64,000 nt of DNA from Octopus vulgaris (lineage: Eukaryota): positions 63,798,001-63,862,000 of the forward strand of contig OX597826.1 of NCBI GenBank assembly GCA_951406725.2, in the 5' to 3' direction. The notes under the pieces are model-generated. The model worked only from the letters and a program-made list of their open reading frames with translations, was not told the origin of the DNA and searched no databases. Positions 13,448-26,103 of the stretch are shown in pieces. Positions within the stretch are counted from its first letter, which is position 1. Each line of letters opens with the position of its first letter. A program made the translations under genes and the position numbers.

Positions 13448-15619
13448 TATTTCAGTGTCTGTTTAGTATGGTTTACAGATTCTTAATGCCAACCATTTTG
13501 TAGTGTGTATTTGGTAATTTTTTCATGGCACCAGGGAAGTCGCCTTGCAGTTTACAAGATTACAAACCCTGAGTGGGGAGGGAGGAACTTTATGCTTGGA
13601 GTATAAGGGATAAAGGGGTAAAGTATGAGAGTAAGGGTCAGAGCTGAACAAGGATTCTTGCTGTAGAGCAGTGACAGGGCTTCTCACATTTTAAAAGACA
13701 CAGAGGCAGAAAGTGATAAAGTGTTAGGGTAAACCTTCAATTGAACAGGGTGGTCATGGTTGGAAAACCTTTAGTCACAAATCTATTCTTACAGACCTAC
13801 TTGGCAATATACAATAACTTAGAGGATAGCATAATTCATTCAGCAACCAGGGCTGTAAAAACTCCAGTGTTTTTTATTGTAACTAATGTAGCAATTCACT
13901 TGTCAGCAACAGTAGTTATCAGTGTTTTTACTATCTTGTAGTAATGAGTTCATATCCAGCTGCAGATGTGGATTGGAAATAGACAATGATGGGGAAATCC
14001 TTGCAACAAAAATGGCAGCAACCATAACAGGGGTTTCCATCCATCATGGTCTCCATGTAATATATATAAACATGCATTTAGCCAGTAAAATTATGATAAA
14101 TTTCTAACAGTATGAATTTTAAAAATTTACAATAGGGCATTACTGATTTCACTCTTTCTAGAATTAATAAGTTCACAATAGACTAGAATATGTTTATTTC
14201 AATGAATTCTCAAAGCTAAATCAATGTGGAAGACACGACAAACTGCTTTCAGTTTCTATCTGCCACATCCACCCTCAGCCTGGAGCTATAGTAGAAGACA
14301 TTGCCTAAGGTGCCACTGATTGTGACTGAACCCAAGACCGCATGGTTGGGAAGCAAGTTTCTCAACCACACAGCCACACCTGCATCCATAAAATATATTT
14401 CAAAAAACCAATGCAACTCGTTTCAGTCATGACAACTGATTTGTACATGCCAGATGGAAGTAGCTGTATGGTAAGGCTTGTATTGTGTAGCACAAGAATA
14501 TCCAGCCCCCTCAGAAATGTGGTTGATGAGGTATTCAGATATTGCTTTAGTGACTTGACTAAGCCATACCAGTATTGGAAATTAATAAACATTAAAATAC
14601 TATGAAATTTGCAGTTCTATCCAACCCATCTATGTCAGAAAGGGAATTCTCATATTGACTGAGGAGTCATATTTGTCTTAAGGAGCATCTTTTTTTTTCT
14701 TTTATTTTTCTTCAAAATATAAACAGGTGAATGCTGCTCAAATCAACTCCTTTGTGTTTGTATGTTTCTATTATTGAACAGCTTCTACCCTTTAGCATTT
14801 AATCCAGCCATGCCAGGCCCAAATATTCTACCTGTTTTATGTTCAAAATGTCCAGATCCAGTCTTTTACACCTACCCTTCAATGCCATTCTTAAAAATAA
14901 ATCACATCATCAAAATCTTGAATCTATTGAAAACAATGTGAATAAGTAAGCATTACACTTGACCAAGTAATCTGAATGCTAAAATAGTAAAACAGGTAAG
15001 CCTCCAGCTAGCAAGGTCTTACTACCTTGGTTTCCTTTCTCAGTCAGATTGATTTTACAAGACAGTGGCTTGAACTGGCATTTAATTGTTTGTTTAACCC
15101 CAGTCAACCTTGATTGAACATACCTATGATCAAAACCATTCCAGCTGTTATCAACCATCCTGTCTTTTTGTTGTACCTTGAACTACATTCATTATTCAGT
15201 GTGTTGTTCCTTGTTTAAAACATTGGAGTTTGATTTGAAAGAAATTTGGCTTTCGTTTCTAGCAGGGTGAATGACCATGTAGAGGTTCTCTCGCTTAGGT
15301 GACTTCTGTAAATATTTAAGATATTGATTGATTCCCTGTTAAGTTTCATATGTTTTCTCTCTCTCTCTCTCTCTCTCTCCCTCTCTCCATTCTTGATGTG
15401 CCTGTCATTGTGATGCTATGTTGAGTTCTTACTTAATTGGATCTGTTATCAATAAATACTATTTCAGTTTTTCATTGGAATCACTGCACACTTAAGGAAT
15501 TTAGAAAAAAATATTAAAGCATAACAATGTTTCCTCCTCTCTCTCTCACTCACTCCACTCACTCACTCACTCACACTTGTAAATATTAAGTTTAATAATT
15601 GTTTTATTTTAATTAGCAG

Positions 15620-15700
15620 GTCTAACAAGCACCACGCCTGCAACCGGTTTTTCTTTCTCTGGATTGAGTGGTACTCCTGCAACTACCAGTATTGGTTTTG
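15620..15700 (+). CDS. NUP58: NUP58 FG exon (81 nt, GLTSTTPATGFSFSGLSGTPATTSIGF)
   Basis: tagcag tandem acceptor, donor G|gtatgt, phase 1-1, S/T/G/F-rich composition. Confidence 0.88.
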
Positions 15701-16023
15701 GTATGTATGCATTTTTGTTTGTGTGTGTGCATGCACGCATTTGAAAGGGAATAAGCATGGAAATGTCCCTGCTCAAATTTCATAGAAAGGTGTAGGCATG
15801 GCTGCGTAGTTACAAAGCTCACTTTGCAACCACATGGTTTTGGGTTCAGTCTCACTGCATGGCATCTTGGGCAAGTGTCTTCTAATATAGACTTGAGCTG
15901 ATCAATACCTTGTAGATTAGCAGTAATTGATTAAAGAGAGTAGGTGATCAAATTACGAGGGATTTACCAGACTAAGTATGTCTGGCAAATTGATTTCAGT
16001 AATTAAAGAAATATATAGATACT

Positions 16024-16191
16024 GTGGTTGTATACTGTCAACTTAACGTGACAGTAAGGGAATTACACCACCGCTGTTTAGCCCTAGGAAGCATCGACGC
16101 TTCCTGTCGGCCTTGACGTCGATGCTTCCTAGGGCTAAACAGCGGTGGTGTATTCCCTTACTGTCACGTTAAGTTGACAGTATACAACCAC
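16024..16191. repeat. Near-perfect inverted repeat (76/75-bp arms, 17-nt spacer) inside an insertion flanked by a 15-bp direct repeat
   Basis: Arms 16024-16099 and 16117-16191 differ by one indel; atatatagatactgt occurs at 16011-16025 and 16250-16264. Confidence 0.95.
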
Positions 16192-16974
16192 TCTATCGCT
16201 CCACCACCGTACATATCTCTATGAGATATTTAGAAATTTAATATTTCTGATATATAGATACTGTTTAACCCTTTAGCATACAAACCAACCATATCCAGCT
16301 TGAATATTTTACCTTTTTATGTTCAAACTGACCAGGTCTGGCCTCTCACACCTACCTTACAATGTCATTCTAAAAGTAAAACAATGTGAATAAATAAGTA
16401 CTACATTTGATGGAGTAATCTGAATGCTAAAAGGTTGAATGTTTTTAAGCTCAAAGGCTTAAGCCTAAAGGGCCAGTGTTAAGCTTCAACTACATTACTT
16501 GACCCTTTAAGTCAGTTGATTGTGATACATCATCACCATCATGCCACTCCCATGCTGGTATGGATTGAATGGTTCAGCAGAATCTGACAAGCTGAGCTCT
16601 GTCTTCTTTAACATGTTTCCTACACCTTGATGCCCCTTCCTAATACCAACCACTTTAGAGAATGTAATGGGTGCCTTTTACACAGCAGTGTCACTAGTGG
16701 GGTCACTGCAACATAAGGCCCTTCAACTGAAAATGAGGTGCAGTATTGAGGGAGGTGTCTTTATGCCAGGAGGAACTGGTGTCATGCTGTAGAGATATTC
16801 CTGCTGGAAAGAGGGGAAAATAACATCTTAGTTATTTGTGGCTGTGGATGAGAAAATAGGATAATTTAAGTTTGCATGAACAATGTTTGTATCAGAAAAA
16901 TCTATTGTTTCTGTTAAATATTGGTTTTATTTATTTTTTTTTTTCTTTTCTTTTTTTTTTAATGCCGATCTTAG

Positions 16975-17148
16975 GTGTGCAATCTTCATCACTTGGAGGC
17001 GGCAGTGGCTTTGGCCTTGGAACTTCAGGTTTTGGCTTGTTTTCAACCACAACAAGTACAACTTCTATCACTGGCAGCATTCCTAGTTCTCAAATAGCTT
17101 CAAAAGGTTTGGGAGGTGTTGATCCAAAAGTGTCCATTGCAGCTTCAG
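16975..17148 (+). CDS. NUP58: NUP58 exon (174 nt, ...KGLGGVDPKVSIAAS)
   Basis: Poly-T..cttag acceptor, G|gtaagt donor; GLGGVD corresponds to vertebrate GLGGID. Confidence 0.93.
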
Positions 17149-17982
17149 GTAAGTTGTCTGTTGTATCTTTTTGTCATTAGGGGTGAGCAATTAACCAGTA
17201 TAATGTACCTGTATACATAAGGGACCAAAATTCTTTGTGTATAAATGTTATATTTACCTAGTTTCTTATAAAAGTTTCACAGTGCAAACAGCATCTATGA
17301 AACTTTTAGTAACAAATCTTAATCAAACTTAGTTTTGAGTTGAATGCTTTTTCTTTCTTTACACACTTATTTCTACACAGGTGTTAAGAAGTCAGCTTCC
17401 CAACCATATGTTTCGGTTTCAGTCCCACTGTGTGACACTCTTGGCAAGTGTTTTCTATTATAGCCCCTGGCTGACCAAAGCCTTGTGAGTGGATTTTGTC
17501 GGTGGGAACTGCATGAGGTTGTTGCACATATGTATGTGTTTATTGTGACATAGCTTGAAAGTTGTAAATGTCTATGTCATACAAGCAGTGTCATTTCTTG
17601 TGAGAACACGTCTGGTCATGAGAGAAATATTACCTTGCTTGGAAACAGGTATGGGTTGGCGACAGAAAGAACATCCAGCTGTAGAAAGTTTACTTCGGTA
17701 AACCCCTGTCCAGCAGTCATGGAAAAGTGAATGTCAAAATGATGCTACTGATGTTGATGATCATGGCGCACATACAGAGTCTGCCAAAAAAATGTATACA
17801 CACATTGGGCCTGTTTAAGTTTTTAAGTCATTCATTAGATAAATATGAGGATTTGATTTAGCCACAATTTATTTTAAGAACTACTCTATTGCTTGTCCTA
17901 TTTGATATTTTAACACTTTATGAAATTTGCTGTCAACATATTTTATTGTCTTCATTGTCATTCCTACATTTCTATTTCACAG

Positions 17983-18010
17983 ATGGAACTGGACCCAATG
18001 GTAAACAAGC
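17983..18010 (+). CDS. NUP58: NUP58 micro-exon (28 nt, DGTGPNGKQA)
   Basis: tttcacag acceptor, GC|gtaagt donor; required to bridge phase 1 to phase 2. Confidence 0.85.
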
Positions 18011-19396
18011 GTAAGTATATCTTTATATGTATTGACTATCATTTCCTGTTGCTGTATAGCTGTGGTTCAATTTGCCTTACATACCTGTCAAAAGAAACTA
18101 ATCCTTATTAGATTATTAGATGTTAACTGTATCTTGCACAATGGTTCTTGACCTGGACAATATTAGTTCCTTGGCCAGGGCCATTTGTGAAATCACAAGA
18201 AGGTGGCTATTATGTACGGGTGATGAGCCCTGGGCTTTAGAGAAGTCAAGATTTTTCTTTGAAGTAAAATATTTCAACCAGTTACAATACTTATATCTTG
18301 AACACATTTTCAAAAATAGTCTTTCTCAGCATTAGTATACAGATTGACACTATGTTATCAGTGAGCAGAAATATGACTGGTCATGCACCCAAAGTCCTTT
18401 ATGATTTCGTTGCATAAATCTTTTCTTTCAGTAATTTCCATAAAATTGCAATGTACTGGGCACTATTCTACACAAATATCTAAAAGAAAGTACATACTGG
18501 AACTGGACAGGAGAATATAAGAACATTTGATTTATAAATCACTTTGCAAAATGAGATTCTGCTGGATTAAAACAATAACTGGAGTTTTTATTTTTTGATA
18601 AGGTGTTCTTTTGTAATATGTGGAGTGTTTGTAAAATGCCATTCTGTAAAACAAGTGACTTACAAAAGGTTGAGAACCACTTACACACATAAGTTTACCA
18701 ATGTATAGCCTTATTTTAAGAGGAAAATATTAGACAGTTTTGTTAGCAAAAAAAGCATCTGTGAGAAGTGATGATTGTGTTTAGAGTGAAAATCTTGGTA
18801 CATTAATTGCGCTATCGACAGCTTTCCAACCAATGGAAGGAATCTGAATTGAAGACTAGAGGAACTTTATTTATTGCAGGTATGGCTGTGTTGAGATGCT
18901 TACTTCTCAATCATGTAGTCTTGGGTTTAGTCACACCGTGTGACACTTTGGGCAAGTATCTTCTACTGGCTGACCAAAGCCTTGCGAGTGCATTTGGTAG
19001 TTGGAAACTGAAGGATGTTTGTCGTATGTGTTTGTATATATCCTTGTTTTCATATGTGATTGTAAATATATATCAATCATACAAGCAATGTTGCTCATTT
19101 ATTTTCACCCAAGGTGCTATGCAGTGAGACTAGACCCAAGAATATGTGGTTGAGAAGCAAACTTCTTAGCTACACTGCTACACCTGCACTTCACCGCCAT
19201 GCCTGTTTACATACATACATTTATAACATGATTGGAAACATAGAAAGGCATTGTTTGAAACAATATAAAATATAGATAGATAGAATAGGATAGGCCCAGA
19301 CACATCTTTTAATCTAATTGTCAGGTTTGAACCTTGTTATATTCTGTAAATTTTGTATTGTCTTAACTAATGTTTTTTATGTTTCTATTTTTTAAG

Positions 19397-19462
19397 GAAT
19401 TCCAAAGTTTTGAAAGAAACACAATTACCACAGCAGCTGCTAGTTTGTGTAGAACCCCTAAA
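19397..19462 (+). CDS. NUP58: NUP58 exon (66 nt, NSKVLKETQLPQQLLVCVEPLK)
   Basis: ttttttaag acceptor, AA|gtaagt donor; resembles vertebrate DSKALKDENLPPVICQDVENLQ. Confidence 0.9.
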
Positions 19463-19889
19463 GTAAGTTTTTGTGAGACTTTTTTTATTTCTAATATTTC
19501 CCTAAAAACTAAAGTTTCTACCCTCATTACTAAGCTTGCATTTTTAATCCATAGTAAAATCCATAAAATTCTCAGATGCACATAACCAAATCTGCAACTT
19601 GTTTCTGTAAATGTGACAATAGGGTATGGTTTGGGAAGGATTTGGCTATTGTTTCAAGCAGATTGAGTGAACATGTAGAGGCTTCCGCATTAACTCCTAA
19701 TATACTAGACATGGTAGATCTGATACTCTTCTCTATTTAATTTTGTTGGGTGAATTTACTCTGTTGTTAGCTTTCTTCCCTACCAAATTTGACCATCAGC
19801 CTTATTAATCTCACCAGTTTACTGAGTGGGCTGCAATGGTCTTGGGCTTTCTCCTCCATCCCCTATCTTATAGAAAAAATTATAAGAAT

Positions 19890-20515
19890 ATTGGTTTCAA
19901 ATTTTGGCACAAGGCCAGCAAATTTTTAGGGAGTGCAGAACAAGTCTATTACATTGACCTCAGTCAGTGTTCAACTGATACTTATTTTTGTTGTCCCCCA
20001 AAAGGATGAAAGGTAGAGCTGACCTTGGTTGAATTTGAACTCAGAACATAATGAGTCAGAAGAAAATGTAATTTAATAATTTTGCCCTAATTGCTTACAA
20101 TTTTTATTTCTTTTCTGCCCACAAGGGGCTACCAGTGCATAACTGGTACTTATTTAATCGACCCCAAAAGGATGAAAGGCAAAATCGACCTCATCGGAGT
20201 TTGAACTTAGAACGTAGCGGCAGACGAAATACTGCTAAGTATTTCACTCAGCGTGCTAACATTTCTGCCAGTTTGCCACCTTTGTTTTAATAAGAATATT
20301 GGTTTCAAAATTTGGCACAAAGCCAACAATCTCCAGGGAGGGGCTAAGTCAATTACATTGAACCCAGTACTCAACTGGTACTTATTTTATTGACCCCCAA
20401 AAGGATGAAAGATGAAGTTGACCTCAGCAGAAGTTGAACTTAGACAGTAAAGATGGACAAAATGCTGCTAAGCATTTGGCCCAGCATGCTAATGATTCTG
20501 CCAGCTTTTCACCTT
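19890..20515 (-). mobile_element. Stack of three SINE copies (family of the 47207 element)
   Basis: Three consecutive copies of the ..ggtacttatt..gacccc..aaaggatgaaagg..gacctc..tgaact.. core. Confidence 0.8.
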
Positions 20516-20647
20516 TGTTATAAGAATATCAATTGTATTTTTTAAATAGAAAAATTCTTCAGTTTAAAAATGTTTTTGTTTGTTTATTTTTTTTCTTTAA
20601 TTCAAAAGCCTGTTAACTTTTTCTTATCTTTTTTGTCATTTTTATAG

Positions 20648-20822
20648 AAAATATATAAAATCAGAGAAGGCTATACGAGAAAACATTTCTCGAATGTCTA
20701 CAAAATCTATGATAAAGGTACAGACAGACCTAACAGCATTGCGACAAATCCTTGGAAGCGTGTCTAATGGTGTACAAAGGAATGCTGTGTTGATTGAAAA
20801 ACTGAAGAAAGAGTCAGTACAG
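20648..20822 (+). CDS. NUP58: NUP58 coiled-coil exon (175 nt)
   Basis: tttatag acceptor, CAG|gtatgt donor; KYIKSEKAIRENISRMSTKSMIKVQTDLTALRQILGSVSNGVQRNAVLIEKLKKESVQ. Confidence 0.95.
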
Positions 20823-21010
20823 GTATGTCGCTTGAAGCCCTTCATCCATTTAAGTGAATCTCCTAGCTTTTTCAGTGCTGTCTTTAATGCAATCCATCAT
20901 GTCTTTATATGGTCACTTGGTCTGCTAAAGATAGCAGCAAAATCTCTTTCAAATCATACTCTACTTACTATTTTTAAATTGAAATGACACAGTGGATAAT
21001 GTGTCACAAC

Positions 21011-21134
21011 AAATAGAGACTCAGACATTGCTTAGAAAATAATTTTCATTTTTAACCTTGTATATAGTACACTCTAGGGATTTTGACCTTTAAATTTTGT
21101 GGGGGAAATGCGAATTATACTTGAGGATTTACGG
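21011..21134 (+). mobile_element. Right end of a pogo/Tc2-like DNA transposon
   Basis: Ends ..gaggatttacgg-TA, the reverse complement of the TA-ccgtaaatc end at 63541; internal sequence nearly identical to 63939-64000. Confidence 0.7.
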
Positions 21135-22084
21135 TAAACATTATTATTATTATTACTTGTGCTGTAAAAGGAATTAACATAACAATAGACTAGCATTGCT
21201 CACCAATACTAGCTGATCCATTATGAGTAAACTGGTTTTTCTTGAATGTATGTTGCTGGAGGGAACTTATGGTAGAGGTAGACCCAGGAAGACATGGGAC
21301 AAGGTGGTGAAGCATGATCTTCAAACTTTGGGCCTCACCTAGGCAACGATTAGTGACCAAGACCTTCGGCAATATGCTGTGCTTGAGAAGACCTGTCAAG
21401 CCAAATGAAATTATCATGGCTGATGTTGGTGTCACATAACTGGCACCCATGCTGGTGGCACGTAAAAAGCACCTTTCAAGCATTGAGCCTCACAGAGGCA
21501 ATGTAGCTGATGCCAGTGGCACATAAAAAGCTCCTTTCATTGAGACAATGACCAAGACCTTTGATATTGTCATGCTTGAGAAGAAGATCCATCAGACCAA
21601 GTAAAATTGCAGTCATGGCAGATACTGGTGTCATGCAAATGACACCTGTGGCACGTAAAAATACACATTACACCCTTGGAGTGGTTGGTGTTAGGAAGGG
21701 CATCCAGCTGTAGAAACCATGCGAAATCAGACTGGTGTCTGGTGCAGCCTTCCAGCTTCCCAACATGGACAACGGAGGTTAAATGATGATGATGATGTTA
21801 TTTAGGTATTTTAAATTGTTAGTCTGTCATGCCACACACCAACTCATATCTGTCATTCTACTCCTCACTGTGTGTTGTGTTCTTTTACTCATTGTCTCCC
21901 ATCAAGCACTCATCCAACACATCTTAATTCTCCATAACTCTCCCCCACCCCCTTGATATGATGTAAAGTGTGTTCAGAGAAATCAACCAGCCAACATTCA
22001 TTGACTATTATTATAACAGGATACAACACATTCCATATATGTTAAGCTGTCTGATAACTTGCTTTGATATTTACTGTTTTGCAG

Positions 22085-22164
22085 GAACTGAAAAATACTG
22101 AAATGGGTCAACGAACAGAAGATATGTCTGCTGTTCTTCAAGACGAGAATGTTGCCCCAACTGA
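22085..22164 (+). CDS. NUP58: NUP58 coiled-coil exon (80 nt)
   Basis: ttttgcag acceptor, GA|gtaagt donor; ELKNTEMGQRTEDMSAVLQDENVAPT. Confidence 0.93.
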
Positions 22165-22992
22165 GTAAGTTGGTGTTTTTTCTTCATTTTTTTAAAATTT
22201 CCCTTTTTGTTTTGTTAAACATAGTTTTACTTTTATGCTAGTTTGTTAGAAATTTGTTTATTTTATGCTTTCTTTTTTATTTTGCTTTATTTCATTTACT
22301 GTTCTAGTTTTTGTTAAGTATCCCCTTCTTTATTTATATCCATTTCTTCTTTCAAATGTAGGCAATCAGCCCCTTTTAAACTTGGATAATTTCTCCTGCC
22401 ACCCTTGTACATCAGCAAACCAGACAATAAAAAATTAAAAAAATAAATAAATTTTGATTGTTGTTTGCCAATTTTTATTACATTAATCACCAACTCCTTG
22501 TGTGTCTGTCAGATAGAGAGAGAAAAAAATGACCAGATGTGTATACCTGATCTTTCTCCTATTTGATCAGTGTTCTATCAACTCAGCCATTTGTTGCTCT
22601 CCTGTTCCCCTATAAACATTTTACTACTAGACTCGGACTGGTGTTTCTATATACTAGAGGTGGTATAATTGGGAGTTATAATTTTAATCAACTGTGATTA
22701 TATTATGTGTTTTGTATTATGTGCTTTTAATAAACACATTTTATTAACTTAATAGAATTATTTAATCCTTTAGCAATCAAATTAATCTGTCAAATGTAAT
22801 GCTTGTTTGTTCACATTATCTCATAGCCTTGAGGTTTCACTAATGTGATTGGTTATTTTTAGAATGACATTGTAGGGTAAATGTGAGATGCTTGATGTGA
22901 CTAGTTTAAATGCTAAAGATGATTTCTTGATCTATTGTCTGTGTAGAGAAAACAATAAACCAGTTTTGTATTTTTTTTTTTTTTGTTTCTAG

Positions 22993-23111
22993 TTATTTTC
23001 AGGGTCTCTTTGAAGATTTTGAAATCCAAATGAAAGCCTATAAAGGTGAAATCCAGAATTTGGAGAGTCACATCCTGTCCCTACATCAACCAAGTAGACT
23101 CTCCCCTGAAG
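22993..23111 (+). CDS. NUP58: NUP58 coiled-coil exon (119 nt)
   Basis: Poly-T ttctag acceptor, G|gttaat donor; (D)YFQGLFEDFEIQMKAYKGEIQNLESHILSLHQPSRLSPE. Confidence 0.92.
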
Positions 23112-24408
23112 GTTAATTTCTTTCATTACTACTTTATCACTTATTCTAATTTCTATTTCTGTCATAAAAACCACAAAACTAATTTTCACACAGTATCCCT
23201 ACTATTGTCCCTTATCACCTCCTCTTTCCCAAACCACTCCTATTTCCTTTTTCATTTCCCCTTCCCCAAACTGATATTCACTGTGTCCAACTCAATCCTT
23301 CTCTTTAATCATCTATCACATTCTTTTCACTATCTCTCTCTCTCTCTCTCTCGTATTTAACTTATACCTTGACTTCACATCTTCATCTCTTTCATACAGA
23401 TAAACCATATATTCACCTCTTCAGCAGGACACCTACTCCTGTCCTTCTATCATGCTTTCACATCCTTCAGTATTACACTCTACTCACTTTGGGGAGTGGG
23501 TCTTGTCTTGTGAGTACTTAGTGTCCTTACCAATGCTGATACTATGAAAAGCACCAAGTACACTCTGTATAGCAGTTAGCATTAGGAAGGGCATCAAGTG
23601 GTTAAAAACTGGAGTTTGACACTGCCCTTAAGGCTCCTTAGTTCCTGTCAAACCATCCAACCCATACCAGTGAGGAAAAGGAACATTAAAAGACAATACT
23701 ATTTAATCAATAAATGTACATTTCCTGCAGGAGTGGTTGTTTTATTGCTTGACTTTTCCTTACCAGATGTGCCCTTACAGTTCGTTTATTTTACATCTGC
23801 TCATCTGAAGCGGTTAGCTACATACCCTCTCCAATCAGGCCTACCTAACTCGTCTTTGCTTTCTCCCAACCCCTACACTAAACAGTTCACACTGTCTTTC
23901 TTCTCTAGAACTGCAACATGCTGAATTAAACAGTATTCTCTCTTTCTTATAGCAAAAAAACTCTATCATCTATTTACAGCTGGGTGAATGTTTCCAAGAG
24001 AGTGAGATCTTATGAGAAAGCTTTACTATCTGTGTAGCTGTACTTTTGAGTTATTATACTACTCCTAGAATAAGTTGACGTCTCCTAATTTTGAAATCGC
24101 ATGGTAGTTGTAAATGAATTGTCACCATCATACAGCAGTGTCTTTCACTCCCAATCTTGTGAAAGCATGCCTGGTCATGAGGAAATGTTACCTTACCATG
24201 AAATGGGTATGGGTTGATGACAGGAAGGACATCCATATGTAGGCTGTTCCATCAAATCCTGTCCAATCCATGCAAGCAGAAGAAGTAGACATTATTGATC
24301 TCATAGGCCTTTTAGTTTCCATATTAAAAAAATATGGAACTTTTTTTTTTTTTTACATTCTGTACATTGTTAATAACAATTTATAAATGTTGTCAAATTC
24401 TATTTCAG

Positions 24409-24491
24409 AATTAACAATGCTGCTTCACAAATCACATGAAAATTTCCTCGCACTTGCAGCCCACTTTCACCAAGTTCATGAATCTGTAAAA
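24409..24491 (+). CDS. NUP58: NUP58 coiled-coil exon (83 nt)
   Basis: tatttcag acceptor, AAA|gtaagc donor; ELTMLLHKSHENFLALAAHFHQVHESVK. Confidence 0.93.
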
Positions 24492-24619
24492 GTAAGCTAT
24501 GTCTTGTTTGATTATTAACTCCAATTGCATTGTGCGAGTAACCTACCTGTGTTTCCTTTTGATCCTTTTGTCCACACCCCCTCCCTCTCTCATTTGACTG
24601 TACATGTAGATAGGTAGAT

Positions 24620-24870
24620 GTATGTGTATATATGTGTGAATGCATGTTTGTGTGTACCCCCCCTCTCTCTCTTTCGGAGAGGCACTGAGCACCTACACGC
24701 ACACATACACACACGGCAGTAACTTCCACCTACCGAATTCAATCACAAAGCTCCGGTCGGCTCGGGACTATAGTGGAAGACACCTACCCAAAGTGCCACG
24801 CAGTGGGACTGAACCCGAAACCATGTAGCTAGGAAGCAAGCTCCCTAACCACACAGCCATGCCCGCGCCT
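24620..24870 (-). mobile_element. tRNA-derived SINE, relatively young copy (family of the 36061 element)
   Basis: Minus-strand head aggcgcgggcatggctgtgtggttagg..gggttcagtcccactgcgtggcactttgggtagg; CpGs retained. Confidence 0.8.
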
Positions 24871-25901
24871 AACCATTGTCTTGATATCACATGAAGATTG
24901 TAAATGAATGTTATCATCGTACCAGTTGCAGTGTTGTTCACATCCAGTCTTCTATAAAGCACATGTCTGGCCCTGGGGAAATATTACCTTGCTTGGAAAT
25001 AGGTGAGGGTTGGCAACAGGAAGAGCATTTGTCCATAGAAAGCTGCCTCGACTAATTCTGTCTGACTCATGCAAGCATGGGAAAGTGGGCAATAAAATGA
25101 TGATGAACTTGTTGATGCCAGAGAGGTTAAGTTCCAGGCAGTTGCGGTTCTCAGGAGGCAGGATAGGTAAAAGTGTTCAATATGGGGTTTCAGGAATAAG
25201 ATACAACAGGGATGATGTGTTAGTGTCTGCAAAGATGGTACATTGCCGGCTGGAACTATTTTAACAACTGCTAGCTGTAATCATCCTCACCATTTTAATG
25301 TCCAATTTTTCATGCTTGCATGGGTTAGATGGAATTTGTTGAGGTAGATTTGCCACAGCCAGACACCTTTCCCATTACCCACCTGTTTCCGAGTCAAGTA
25401 ATATTCCCCCCATGGCCAGACAGGTTTTTCTTCTTTTTTTTTTATAGACTGGGAGCTATCAACCTCATTTCTATGATGATGCTCATTTACAACAACCCTG
25501 TATTGCCTAGACAAGGGTATACACTAACACCCACACAACAACCTTCTTTCAATTTCCACTCAACAAAGTTTAGTCAGTTTAGGACTGTAGTAGAAGCCAC
25601 TTAACCTAAGTGCTGCACAGTAGAACTGAACCCAAGACTGCATGATTGAGAAGCAAGTGTCTTAATCATACAGCCACACCTATGCTGATGTTTGGGTAAT
25701 AAATGTAACATGTCAGCTTAATGAACATTCATCAATCAGTCCGATGTTTTATATTCTTGTTTGAATGTTATCTAAAACGTTTTACTGTGTATGTTTATCA
25801 GCTGTTCCTCCCTTATATGCTAACCATATTCTGTATAATGTAGTCTCTTCATAACAAAGCTTTTCTTCTAACCTTCCTGTCTTTGTTTTCTGATTCTGTA
25901 G

Positions 25902-26103
25902 ACTTTAAAAGAGAAATACCTGAATTATCGACGTATATTCCTCGGAGACACAAAAGATGTGTTTGAAAGCAAACGGAAGTTAACAAAACGTTTGGAGATT
26001 CCCGGCATTGAATCTCAGCAAGGACCAAACCCATTCACGGGGTTCCCCAGCACCACTGCAATTGCTCTTGCTGCTGCTCTTAGTCGTAACCAACAGGCTC
26101 CTT
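25902..26103 (+). CDS. NUP58: NUP58 exon (202 nt)
   Basis: ttctgtag acceptor, T|gtaagt donor; TLKEKYLNYRRIFLGDTKDVFESKRK...GPNPFTGFPSTTAIALAAALSRNQQAP. Confidence 0.95.

Noticed and set aside
22993-23002. Internal ttattttcag acceptor in the 119-nt exon
   Set aside because: It would shift the frame by 10 nt and delete the conserved DYF motif; the upstream AG fits homology.
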